A stretch of DNA of 31,906 nt from an uncultured delta proteobacterium. Lineage in GTDB: Bacteria; Desulfobacterota; RBG-13-43-22. The position numbers and the translations under genes are program-made. The stretch spans positions 1 through 31,906 of the forward strand of contig CAWBOS010000019.1 of assembly GCA_963790475.1 (NCBI GenBank). The letters are read 5' to 3'. How positions within the stretch are numbered: the stretch's first letter is position 1; every line of letters starts with the position of its first letter. Positions 9,038 through 18,800 of the stretch are shown here, piece after piece. Below the pieces are notes generated by a model that searched no databases, was not told the origin of the DNA, and saw only the letters and a list, made by a program, of their open reading frames with translations.

Positions 9038-10054
9038 ATGGTAAAGCCCAATCGAAAAAACATTGAGGTCTGGTTGTATCTGGTCCTTACCTTGGCCTTT
9101 CTGTGGGGGAGCGAAACCCGGACTCAAGGCGCCGCACCCCTCCGGCTGATACAGACGATACCACTGCCGGGGGTCAGCGGGCGCATCGACCATATGGCCA
9201 TAGACCTCAAAGGGGGGCGTCTTTTCCTGGCTGCCGTCGGCAACAACTCCCTTGAAGTTCTTGACCTTCCGACAGGCAGGCATCTCAAAAGAATCAGTGG
9301 GTTAAAAGAGCCGCAGGGTGTTGTGTACGTTTCCGGGTTGAACAGGCTTTTTGTGACCAACGGAGGGGATGGGTCTTGCCATATCTATGAAGGCGATTCG
9401 TTTCGGCTTATTGGTAAAGTAAAATTTTCTGAAGATGCTGACAATATCCGTTATGATCCAGGGACAAGGCAGATTTATGTGGGTTATGGCCGTGGCGCTT
9501 TGGGCGCAATCGAGGCCAGTAATGGAAAGCGTATCGGTGATGTCGGGCTGGCCGGCCACCCGGAATCGTTTGTATTAGAAGAGAGAGGATCCCGCATCTT
9601 TATAAATATACCTTCGGCGGATCAAGTTGCCGTCGTCGATCGAAGTAGACTGGCCCTGGTGACCACCTGGCCAGTGGTAGGGGCCAGGTCGAATTTCCCA
9701 ATGGCCTTGGATGAAACCAGTCATCGTCTCTTTATCGGCTGCCGACAGCCCCCCATAATCCTGGTCTTCGACAGTGAGTCACACCACGAGGTAACCCGAT
9801 TAGAGATCGCCGGGGATGTGGACGATATCTTTTATGACCCGGCTCTAAAACGTATCTATGCTTCCGGCGGGGGAGGACTCCTCAACATCATTCAACAGAA
9901 CGCTGCCGATCAGTACATCCTCCTGGCAAAAATCTCCACGGCAAAAGGGGCCCGGACTTCGCTGTTTGTCCCTGAACAAAGGCGTCTCTATCTGGCCATA
10001 CCGGATCATGGTAAACAACCAGCGCGGGTGCACATTTATGCCCTTGATCCGTGA
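9038..10054 (+). CDS. YncE-like exported beta-propeller protein
   Basis: Signal/anchor segment and repeated blades (GRIDHMAIDLKGGRLF, DADNIRYDP, FPMALDETSHRLF, DVDDIFYDP). Confidence 0.8.
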   Translation: MVKPNRKNIEVWLYLVLTLAFLWGSETRTQGAAPLRLIQTIPLPGVSGRIDHMAIDLKGGRLFLAAVGNNSLEVLDLPTGRHLKRISGLKEPQGVVYVSGLNRLFVTNGGDGSCHIYEGDSFRLIGKVKFSEDADNIRYDPGTRQIYVGYGRGALGAIEASNGKRIGDVGLAGHPESFVLEERGSRIFINIPSADQVAVVDRSRLALVTTWPVVGARSNFPMALDETSHRLFIGCRQPPIILVFDSESHHEVTRLEIAGDVDDIFYDPALKRIYASGGGGLLNIIQQNAADQYILLAKISTAKGARTSLFVPEQRRLYLAIPDHGKQPARVHIYALDP

Positions 10055-10236
10055 TGAAAAGAAAGAACAGATGACCAGGAGACCGAAAACCTGTCCCGAC
10101 CGCCCTTATAGGACTGGCGAGTTTAATCATTCTCTGGCTCTTCAAAATCCACGAACCCTTATTGATCGCCGCAGCCGCCGTGGCCGGGATGCTGTTATAC
10201 GGCCGATGATGGAGAAGACAAACCTTTCTTAAATTC

Positions 10237-11097
10237 TCAGCTAGTTTTCTTGAAGGGGAACTCCGGCCACCAGGGATAAAAATCCGGCAGGTCTCGGCTC
10301 AATTTCATGGGAAAGTTAGGCTTTCGCTTTTCTAAGAAAGCGTTAACACCTTCCCGGCAGTCCTCTGAACGGCCCATGAAAAACACGGCCTTGGACTCGA
10401 CACGATGGGCATCCATGGGATGTTCGGCGCCGAGCATTCTCCAGACCAGTTGTTTAGTCAGGGCCACGGAAATGGAAGAGGTGTTCTCGATTATTTCACG
10501 GGCTTTTTCCATGGCTGCCGGCAAAAGGTCTTCCGCGGGCAGCACCCGATGCAATAGTCCGGTTTGCAAGGCTTCCTGGGCGGAAAAAACACGGCCGGAT
10601 ATCAGCCATTCCGCTGCCTGCCCTATTCCCACCACGCGGGGCAGAAACCAGGTGCAGCAGCCATCCGGAGCGATGGCCCTTCGGGTAAACACAAAACCCA
10701 TCCTGGCCGTATCCGCCGCCAGCCGGATATCCATGGGCAGGGTCATGGTGGCGCCTATGCCCACCGCCGGCCCATTGATGGCGGCAATCACCGGTTTTTT
10801 CATCTCGAAAATACGGAGGTTTAATACCCCACCCCCGTCCCGGAATTCATCGATTGTCTCCGCCCTATAACTAAAGGCCGATCCCCCACCGGCACTCAGA
10901 TCCGCCCCGGCGCAAAAGCCGCGTCCGGCTCCGGTGAAAATCAACACCCTGACCTCGTCGTCTTCCTCGGCCTGATCAAGGGCCCGAATTAATTCCCGGC
11001 CCATCTGTGCTGTAAAAGCGTTCAGTTTATCCGGTCTGTTCAAGGTGATGAGCCCGATTCCTTTTTCTTTTTCGTACCTGATTTGTTCAAACGGCAT
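10237..11097 (-). CDS. Enoyl-CoA hydratase/isomerase (crotonase family)
   Basis: ITLNRPDKLNA, FCAGADL, KPVIAAINGPAVGIG, EGVNAFLEKRKP. Confidence 0.93.
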   Translation of the reverse strand: MPFEQIRYEKEKGIGLITLNRPDKLNAFTAQMGRELIRALDQAEEDDEVRVLIFTGAGRGFCAGADLSAGGGSAFSYRAETIDEFRDGGGVLNLRIFEMKKPVIAAINGPAVGIGATMTLPMDIRLAADTARMGFVFTRRAIAPDGCCTWFLPRVVGIGQAAEWLISGRVFSAQEALQTGLLHRVLPAEDLLPAAMEKAREIIENTSSISVALTKQLVWRMLGAEHPMDAHRVESKAVFFMGRSEDCREGVNAFLEKRKPNFPMKLSRDLPDFYPWWPEFPFKKTS

Positions 11098-11287
11098 GGC
11101 TTCTCCTTAACTGTTGTGAATTTTAAATTCAATAAGCCAATTTAACACTTCTTATCTGCAAATACCATCCTGGTCTAATCCCGGGGTCGGCAAAAGAGCC
11201 CTCCATCCCTGACCTCCGACAAGTTTCTGCCCTGACCTTTTAACGGACATCTGAAAATTGTCCTATCGATCTCCGGAGCGAAGTCTT

Positions 11288-11316
11288 TTGACATACAGGC
11301 CGGGCCTTTGTATAAT
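11288..11316 (+). promoter_or_regulatory. Consensus sigma-70 promoter for the ATL gene
   Basis: TTGACA-17 bp-TATAAT, exact consensus. Confidence 0.8.
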
Positions 11317-11325
11317 TTACCTTCT

Positions 11326-11787
11326 ATGAAAAAGATTGCCACGTCACTAACTAGAGAAAATGGTCGGGTCCGAAGTTCCCTGAAGACAAATCCTAAGAGG
11401 AAACTGATTAATTTTTTTCAACAACGGGTCTTGGAGATAGTGCGGGCCATACCGCGCGGTCACGTATTGACCTATGGGCAGGTGGCGGCCTTGGCCGATA
11501 CCCCGCGGGCCGCGCGGCAGGTGGGACGTATCCTCTACTCTTCCGGACGAACCGTGCCCTGGCAGCGGGTGATTAATCATTACGGGGGGCTTTCGACCTA
11601 CAAGGTCGGCAGCGGGGAACAGCAACGGGCCTTACTGGAAAACGAGGGCGTTTCCTTTAAGGAGGATGGAACCCTTGACCTGAAACGATATCAATGGCAG
11701 CCGAGTCTGAAGATGATTAAGAAAATGAAACTGCCGGAGGAGGTCGCTTTCCAGATCAATGCCCGGTTACCTTTTTCCCAAAGATAG
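11326..11787 (+). CDS. Alkyltransferase-like protein (MGMT family, non-catalytic ATL/YbaZ type)
   Basis: IPRGHVLTYGQVA, ARQVG, and PWQRV in place of the catalytic PCHRV. Start moved to ATG 11326, downstream of the promoter. Confidence 0.88.
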   Translation: MKKIATSLTRENGRVRSSLKTNPKRKLINFFQQRVLEIVRAIPRGHVLTYGQVAALADTPRAARQVGRILYSSGRTVPWQRVINHYGGLSTYKVGSGEQQRALLENEGVSFKEDGTLDLKRYQWQPSLKMIKKMKLPEEVAFQINARLPFSQR

Positions 11788-12032
11788 GGTGAAATCAATA
11801 GATACTCTCCTTTCTCATTTTCATCCACTTTGGTGGGTGAATGCCTAATAAGGGACAGAAGTAAATCCCACCTATTATTAACCTGCTTTATTTAATTTAT
11901 TGATTTTTGATGTTATTTGTCTTAATAAAGCTAGTGTGTCGTTTGCTCTGCCATTGATCAAATTTAACAAGTAAGCCTATTTAACCTTCACCAAACAGGG
12001 ATTATTGATCTTTCACTCAAAAGGAAAGAAAA

Positions 12033-15000
12033 ATGCCCCGCATATTCGACAACATCGAACTTGATCTGCTCCCGGCCCTTCGGGGAACACTAACGCTTTC
12101 CGACCGCTCCGACTTCTGTGTCGGTTACTTCAACCTGCGGGGCTGGAAAGCCATCGATGACCTTATTGAAAAATGGCCAGGAGGCCCCGAGAAACAATGC
12201 CGGCTGCTGGTGGGAATGCAGCGCCTGCCCCAAGAAGAGCTGCGCAAAGCACTGAGTCGGGTTAACGGTCCTGATGAGCTTGACAATCATACTGTCATAC
12301 GTCTGAAGAAGACCTTGGCCGAAGAATTCCGAAACCAGTTAATCCTCGGGGTGCCGACCAATGCCGACGAAGCGGGCTTACGGCGATTATCCGCCCAGCT
12401 CAAGGCGGGCAAGGTCGTCGTTAAACTGTTTCTGCGCCATCCCCTTCATGCCAAGCTTTATCTTTTGTTCCGCTCTGATCCCATCAATCCGGTCATCGGT
12501 TATTTGGGCAGTAGTAATCTAACCCTGTCAGGACTTTCCCATCAGGGAGAACTCAATGTTGATGTCCTCGACCACGATGCCGCCATTAAGCTGGGAAACT
12601 GGTTTGAAGATCGCTGGAACGACCGCTGGTGTGTGGATATCACGCAGGACTTAATCCGGTCCATAGACGAAAGCTGGGCTCGGGAAGAGCCCATCCCTCC
12701 CTATCAAATCTTCATAAAAATGGCCTATCATCTGGCCCAGGAAGCCCGGGCCGGGTTGACGGAGTTTCGGATTCCTTCAGAGTTCGGTCGCCGCCTTTTC
12801 GATTATCAGGTAGCGGCGGTAAAGATCGCTGCGCATCATCTTAACAAACGGGGCGGGGTGCTTATTGGTGACGTTGTCGGCCTGGGGAAGACCCTGATGG
12901 CCACCGCTCTGGCCAAAATCTTCCAGGAAGACCACTACACCGAAACCCTCATCCTCTGTCCAAGAAATTTGGTGAAGATGTGGGAAGACTATGTGGCTGA
13001 ATACCGCTTGCTGGCCAAAGTGCTTTCTTTAACCAGGGCGGTCCGCGAACTGCCTGACCTTAGGCGTTACCGGGTGGTCCTCATTGATGAGAGCCAGAAT
13101 CTCCGCAACCGGGAAGGGAAACGCTATCGGGCGATTCAGGAATACATTCAGGAAAACGAGAGCAAATGTATTTTGCTTTCGGCTACGCCGTACAACAAAA
13201 CCTATCTCGATCTTTCCAGTCAACTTCGTTTGTTTGTGTCAGAGGACCAGGACCTGGGGATTCGTCCTGAAAGGCTGCTCCGGGATTTGGGGGAAACCGA
13301 GTTTATCCGCCGCCACCAGTGTCCGGTCCGCTCCATTGCCGCTTTCGAAAAGAGCGAATACGCCGACGACTGGCGGGAGCTGATGCGGATCTACATGGTC
13401 AGGCGGACACGCAGTTTCATTCAAGACAACTATGCCGACACCGATCCAGCCACAAAACGAAAATACCTGACTTTCGAAGATGGGACCCGATCCTTTTTTC
13501 CCGAACGGATCCCCAAGACAATAAAATTCAAGGTTGATGAAAAAGACCCTTCGGACCAATATGCCCGCCTTTACGCACCGGATGTGGTGGAGGCTATCAA
13601 CCGTCTCAAACTTCCTCGTTATGGGCTGGGGAACTATATCGCCGCTACCCCCCACAAACCACCCACGCCGATCGAGGCCAGACAACTCCAGGATCTTTCC
13701 AGGGCGGGTAAGCGTTTGATGGGTTTTTGTCGGACCAATCTCTTCAAGCGTTTGGAAAGTAGTGGTGATGCCTTCCAGCAATCTATAGAGCGGCATATCC
13801 TCCGGAACCACGTTTTCCTTCATGCCATCGAAAACGGCCTGCCTCTGCCGCTGGGCACCCAGGATTCGGGCCTGCTGGACAGCGGCAACTACGACGAAGA
13901 CGTGGATGATATTACGGCCAATGCTGAACTTTTCGAACAAAACGACGAGGAGCCCCAAAAAAGACAGGGGCCATTACACTTTCGTGCTGTAACCGATTTC
14001 AAAACCCGCGCCGCTGAAGTTTACGATACCTATGCCACCCAGCTCAAAAATCGCTTCAAATGGCTCCGGTCCGACCTTTTCGTCAAAGCGTTGGCCAAAG
14101 ACCTGGCCGAAGATGCCTTGAGTTTGATCAATTTGCTGTTGCGTTGCGGGGATTGGGACCCGAAAAAGGATGCCAAGGTTGAGGCCCTCCATGAACTTCT
14201 TACCAAGCGCCATCCGAAAGAGAAAGTCCTGGTTTTTACCCAGTTTGCCGATACGGCCCGTTACCTGGAGTACCAATTACGTACTCGTAGTGTAGGAAAA
14301 CTGGCCAAGGTCACCGGGGAGGATGAAGACCCAACCGGTTACGCCTGGCGCTTCAGCCCGGAATCCAATGCCAAACGGGATCGGATTCAACCGGGGGATG
14401 AACTTCGCGTATTGATCGCCACCGATGTCCTCTCCGAAGGACAGAACCTTCAGGATTGCCCCATTATCGTCAATTTCGACCTGCCTTGGGCCATTATCCG
14501 CCTGGTCCAGCGTGCCGGACGGGTGGACCGTATCGGGCAGAAGTCCGAAAGGATTCTCTGCTATTCCTTCCTGCCGGCAGATGGTGTTGAAAACCTGATC
14601 CGGCTGCGGGCTCGGGTTCGCCAGCGGCTGAATGAAAATGCGGAAGTGATCGGCACCGATGAGGCTTTTTTTGAAGATGAGCAGGAACGGGAAACCCTTT
14701 ATAACCTTTATGATGAGAAAGCGGGCATCCTGGATGGGGACGAAGAGTCGGAAGTGGACCTTTCTTCCTATGCCTACCAAATATGGAAAAACGCCATCGA
14801 TCTTGACCCAAAACTGCAGCAAATTATCCCGGCCCTGCCGCCGGTCGTCTTTTCGACCCGACCCCATCAGGCCACAGAAAAAAAACCTCATGGTGTCTTG
14901 GTGTATCTGCGAACCGCCGAGGGAAACGACGCTTTAGCCTGGATGGATAAGGAGGGCAATCCGGTAACCGAATCGCAGTTCGAAATCCTCAAAGCGGCCG

Positions 15001-15413
15001 AATGCCTGCCGGATACTCCTGCTCTTTCGCGGCAGGAGAATCACCATGAACTGGTCCGTAAGGGGGTGGAGTTGATTGCCGCCGAAGAAAGATCAATAGG
15101 TGGTCAATTAGGACGACCTTCGGGCGCTCGCTTTCGCACCTACGAGCGCTTAAAGCGTTACGCTGAACAAGTCAGGGGTACTCTCTTTGACTTGCCGGAG
15201 CTGGCGAAAAGTATCGAAGATATCTACCGCTTCCCTTTGCGGCAGTCGGCCGTTGATACCCTTAACCGGCAGCTTCGGGCAGGGGTGTCCGACGAGAAAC
15301 TCGCCGGGCTGGTCATGGCCTTGCGCGACGAGGACCGGCTCTGCATTGTTCATGAAGAAGAAAGACCAAGCGAGCCGCAGATTATCTGTTCTTTGGGGCT
15401 GGCAGAAAAATAA
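12033..15413 (+). CDS. PLD-family nuclease fused to SNF2-type SF2 helicase (restriction-like subunit)
   Basis: N-terminal HAKLY...GSSNLT...ELN. Walker A GDVVGLGKT, Walker B LIDESQ, motif III SATP, SEGQNLQ, and motif VI QRAGRVDRIG. Confidence 0.92.
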   Translation: MPRIFDNIELDLLPALRGTLTLSDRSDFCVGYFNLRGWKAIDDLIEKWPGGPEKQCRLLVGMQRLPQEELRKALSRVNGPDELDNHTVIRLKKTLAEEFRNQLILGVPTNADEAGLRRLSAQLKAGKVVVKLFLRHPLHAKLYLLFRSDPINPVIGYLGSSNLTLSGLSHQGELNVDVLDHDAAIKLGNWFEDRWNDRWCVDITQDLIRSIDESWAREEPIPPYQIFIKMAYHLAQEARAGLTEFRIPSEFGRRLFDYQVAAVKIAAHHLNKRGGVLIGDVVGLGKTLMATALAKIFQEDHYTETLILCPRNLVKMWEDYVAEYRLLAKVLSLTRAVRELPDLRRYRVVLIDESQNLRNREGKRYRAIQEYIQENESKCILLSATPYNKTYLDLSSQLRLFVSEDQDLGIRPERLLRDLGETEFIRRHQCPVRSIAAFEKSEYADDWRELMRIYMVRRTRSFIQDNYADTDPATKRKYLTFEDGTRSFFPERIPKTIKFKVDEKDPSDQYARLYAPDVVEAINRLKLPRYGLGNYIAATPHKPPTPIEARQLQDLSRAGKRLMGFCRTNLFKRLESSGDAFQQSIERHILRNHVFLHAIENGLPLPLGTQDSGLLDSGNYDEDVDDITANAELFEQNDEEPQKRQGPLHFRAVTDFKTRAAEVYDTYATQLKNRFKWLRSDLFVKALAKDLAEDALSLINLLLRCGDWDPKKDAKVEALHELLTKRHPKEKVLVFTQFADTARYLEYQLRTRSVGKLAKVTGEDEDPTGYAWRFSPESNAKRDRIQPGDELRVLIATDVLSEGQNLQDCPIIVNFDLPWAIIRLVQRAGRVDRIGQKSERILCYSFLPADGVENLIRLRARVRQRLNENAEVIGTDEAFFEDEQERETLYNLYDEKAGILDGDEESEVDLSSYAYQIWKNAIDLDPKLQQIIPALPPVVFSTRPHQATEKKPHGVLVYLRTAEGNDALAWMDKEGNPVTESQFEILKAAECLPDTPALSRQENHHELVRKGVELIAAEERSIGGQLGRPSGARFRTYERLKRYAEQVRGTLFDLPELAKSIEDIYRFPLRQSAVDTLNRQLRAGVSDEKLAGLVMALRDEDRLCIVHEEERPSEPQIICSLGLAEK

Positions 15414-15489
15414 TACCACAAAATTTCCCTTCCGGTTCAAGACCATTATGATAAAATTTCAAAAATTTACCAATTCAGGAGGTCCGGCC

Positions 15490-15684
15490 ATGAGCCTAAC
15501 CGCAAAAAACCTATCGGCTCTTAAGATCATCAGGGCAGTGGAATGTCTTTCTGAAGACGAAAAAGAAACCCTGGCCATTCTGGCCGATAAAAAATTATCG
15601 GGGGAATTATTAAAAAGAAGAAAGGATGTCTATCTGGAACTGAAAAAGGGAACCCTTTTAAGTCCAAAAGATCTTTTCACATAA
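15490..15684 (+). CDS. Small putative antitoxin (64 aa)
   Basis: RBS AGGAGG and ATG at 15490, with upstream TGnTAAAAT. Sits directly before a RelE-like fragment. Confidence 0.65.
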   Translation: MSLTAKNLSALKIIRAVECLSEDEKETLAILADKKLSGELLKRRKDVYLELKKGTLLSPKDLFT

Positions 15685-15799
15685 AGGAACGAATTATCGT
15701 ATTGTTTATGAGCTTTTTGAGGAAGACCGGCTTGTGGTCATTACCATGATTGGCAACAGGGAAACCTTTTACGAAAAATTAAAACGAAGGGTATTATAA
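15683..15799 (+). pseudogene. C-terminal half of a RelE/ParE-family toxin with no start codon
   Basis: KGTNYRIVYELFEEDRLVVITMIGNRETFYEKLKRRVL* matches the YRIVY...IGxRExFY pattern. There is an in-frame stop just upstream. Confidence 0.75.
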
Positions 15800-15804
15800 C
15801 TTAT

Positions 15805-18800
15805 TTGAATCTCAATAAAGATCGACTCCGTTCCCTTCTAAAAGGATATGACTTTCAACCTCTTTTCATAGAAGAGCTGGGCTGGGATTATTTTCACTCC
15901 TCCATCGATGTCCCTGTGGAGGGGAAAACCTTTCCTTTGGAAGGTATTGCCCAAAAACGGGGACTGGCGGTCTTTGTATTAACTCTCCCTTCTGATCTTC
16001 CTTTTCCCAATTACCCGACCCGGCGGAAAATCGAGACTAAACTTGCCAAGTCGATTCATGAACATCTCATTATCTTTATCGATATCATAAGGTCCATCCA
16101 AATCTGGCAATGGGTGAAACGTGAGCCCGGAAAACCCGCCTCCTGCCGCGAACATACCTTTCATCGAAATCAATCCGGTGATGCCCTGATTCAGAAACTT
16201 GAATCCATCACCTTTACCCTGGATGAGGAAGAACGGTTGACGCTTCCTGACGTGACCGGCCGCGCCCGTGCTGCTTTCGACGTGGAGCGGGTCACCAAGC
16301 GTTTTTACGACCGGTTTCAAAAAGAGCATGCGCAGTTTTTTAAATTCATCACGGGCATCACCGATCAGGAGGATCATGAGTGGTATGCCTCGGTCATGCT
16401 CAACCGTTTAATGTTCGTCTATTTCATTCAGCGCAAGGGCTTCCTGGACGGCGATCCCGATTATCTCCGCAACCGGCTGAATCGGATGCGGGCTGAACAT
16501 GGGGAGGGCAAGTTTTATTCATTCTATCGCTACTTTCTTTTGCGGCTGTTCCATGAAGGTCTAGGCGGGCGCTCCAGGTCAAAGGAACTGGAGAAACTGA
16601 TCGGTAAAATACCTTATCTTGACGGGGGTATTTTTGACATTCACGAACTGGAACGACCGGATCGCTACGGAAAAGATATTCACATCCCCGACGAGGCCTT
16701 TGAGCACATCTTCGATTTCTTCGACCAATATCAGTGGCACTTAGACGAACGCCCGCTGCGAGCGGACAATGAAATCAATCCGGACGTCCTCGGCTACATC
16801 TTTGAAAAATACATTAACCAGAAACAGATGGGGGCTTATTACACTAAGGAGGACATCACCGGGTATATCAGCAAGAATACGGTGATCCCATTCCTTTTTG
16901 ATACGGCCCGGGCCAAGTGTAAGGTCGCTTTCGAAAAAAGTGGCTCAGCCGCCTCGACTGAGAATCCAACAGTCTGGGACCTGCTCCGGGCTGACCCCGA
17001 TCGCTACATCTATAAGGCCATTCGTCACGGCCTAACCTGGAACTATCAGCCCAATCATCCCAACCAGGGTGCGCCGCTGGACCAGCCCTACGAATTGCCG
17101 GAAGACATCGCCACAGGCTTAAACCCATCCACTTTGCACCAACCTGTCGGAGAGGTAGCTTCGGTTAACGACATTGAAACCATCCGGCTGCGGAAAAACT
17201 GGAACAAGGCGGCCCCGCCTGAATATGCCCTGCCCACCGAGACCTGGCGCGAAGTCATTGCCCGGCGCAAGCGGTACGATGAAATAAAAACCAAACTTGC
17301 CGCCGGAGAGGTGCATGAAATCGATGACCACATCACCTATAACCTGGATATCCGCCAGTTCGCCCAGGACGTGATTGAAAACTGCGAAGGTCCGGACCTG
17401 CTTCGCGCCATCTGGCAGTCCCTCGAAAAAATCTCCATCCTGGACCCGACCTGCGGATCAGGGGCGTTTCTATTCGCCGCTCTCAACATCCTGGAGCCGC
17501 TTTATGAAGCTTGCTTATGTAGGATGGAGGCCTTCATCGAAGACCTTGAGCGTTCCGGAGAAAAGCATCGGCCGGAAAAGTTTTCCGATTTCCGGAAATT
17601 ATTGGCCAAAGTCGCCGCACATCCCAACCGCCCCTACTTTATTTTCAAGAGCATCATCCTGAACAACCTTTACGGTGTGGATATCATGGAAGAGGCCGTG
17701 GAAATCTGTAAGCTCCGCCTCTTCTTGAAGCTGGCCGCACAGGTTGATCCTGACCCTGCCAAACCCAATCTTGGAATAGAGCCCCTGCCGGATATCGACT
17801 TCAACATCCGGGCCGGAAATACCCTGGTGGGTTACGCCCGTTATGAAGACGTACTCAAAAGCGCCGAAGGGGATTGGGTCCGGCTCAATGAAATCGAACA
17901 GGTCAAGGTCGCCGCCGCCGATCTTCAACAAACCTTTGACTCCTTCCGTGCCCGACAGGTGGAAGGAGACGGCTCCGTGCCCCACGAGCACAAGCAGGAA
18001 CTCCGCAAAAGACTTGCCGCCCTGAACGAAGAACTTAACCGCTATCTTGCTGGCGAGTATGGAATCAGTAAAGAAAATATTACGAACAAGAAAAAATACC
18101 AGGACGCCTACGCAAAATGGCTCAAATCCCACCAGCCCTTCCATTGGTTTGTGGAGATTTACGGTATAATCCAAGGGCGTGGTGGATTTGATGTCATTAT
18201 CGGGAATCCACCGTATGTTGAGTACCGTAAAGTCGTAAAGCAGTATACTTTGCCTTCTGAATTCGATAAATATTGCGCTAACCTGTATTCAGCCTGCTCC
18301 TACCGCGGGCATCTTCTGAAGAAGCCATCAGGCTACCTATCCTTTATCGTGCCGGTTTCCCTTGGGAGTACAGATCGAATGCACGACCTGCGGGAAATCA
18401 TCTCTAAAGGTCATAAAATTCATCATGTGAGCTTCAGCACCCGTCCTTCAAAGCTATTTGAAGGCGCTGAGCAACGCCTCACCATATACATACAATCTCC
18501 AGCCCAAAACCCCACAGTCTACTCAGGAGGCTACTTAAAATGGACGAAAGAAGAAAGGCCGTATCTCTTCGCCTTGGTCCACTATACTTGCTTGGAGCCT
18601 TTGGCCAAAAGGAAATCCCTCTGGCCCAAAGTCAATGGACAATTTGAGCGACGCATTTTTCAAAAAATGCTTCACAATAAAAAAATTGACTCTGACGTTC
18701 TTGGTATAGGAGCCAAGTTGTACTACAAGAATACGGGTATTAGGAACTTCAATACAGTGACTCTACGCCCACCGAAATGTTGGATTAATAACACGCCGAC

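Noticed and set aside
11790-12030. Possible att site or island boundary repeat
   Set aside because: AT-rich promoter-like DNA. I saw no matching direct repeat near 23120-23215, and no tRNA or recombinase.
13239-14891. Long antisense ORFs inside the helicase (and similar ones in other large genes)
   Set aside because: Shadow ORFs expected from codon bias on the coding strand, with no motifs or RBS.
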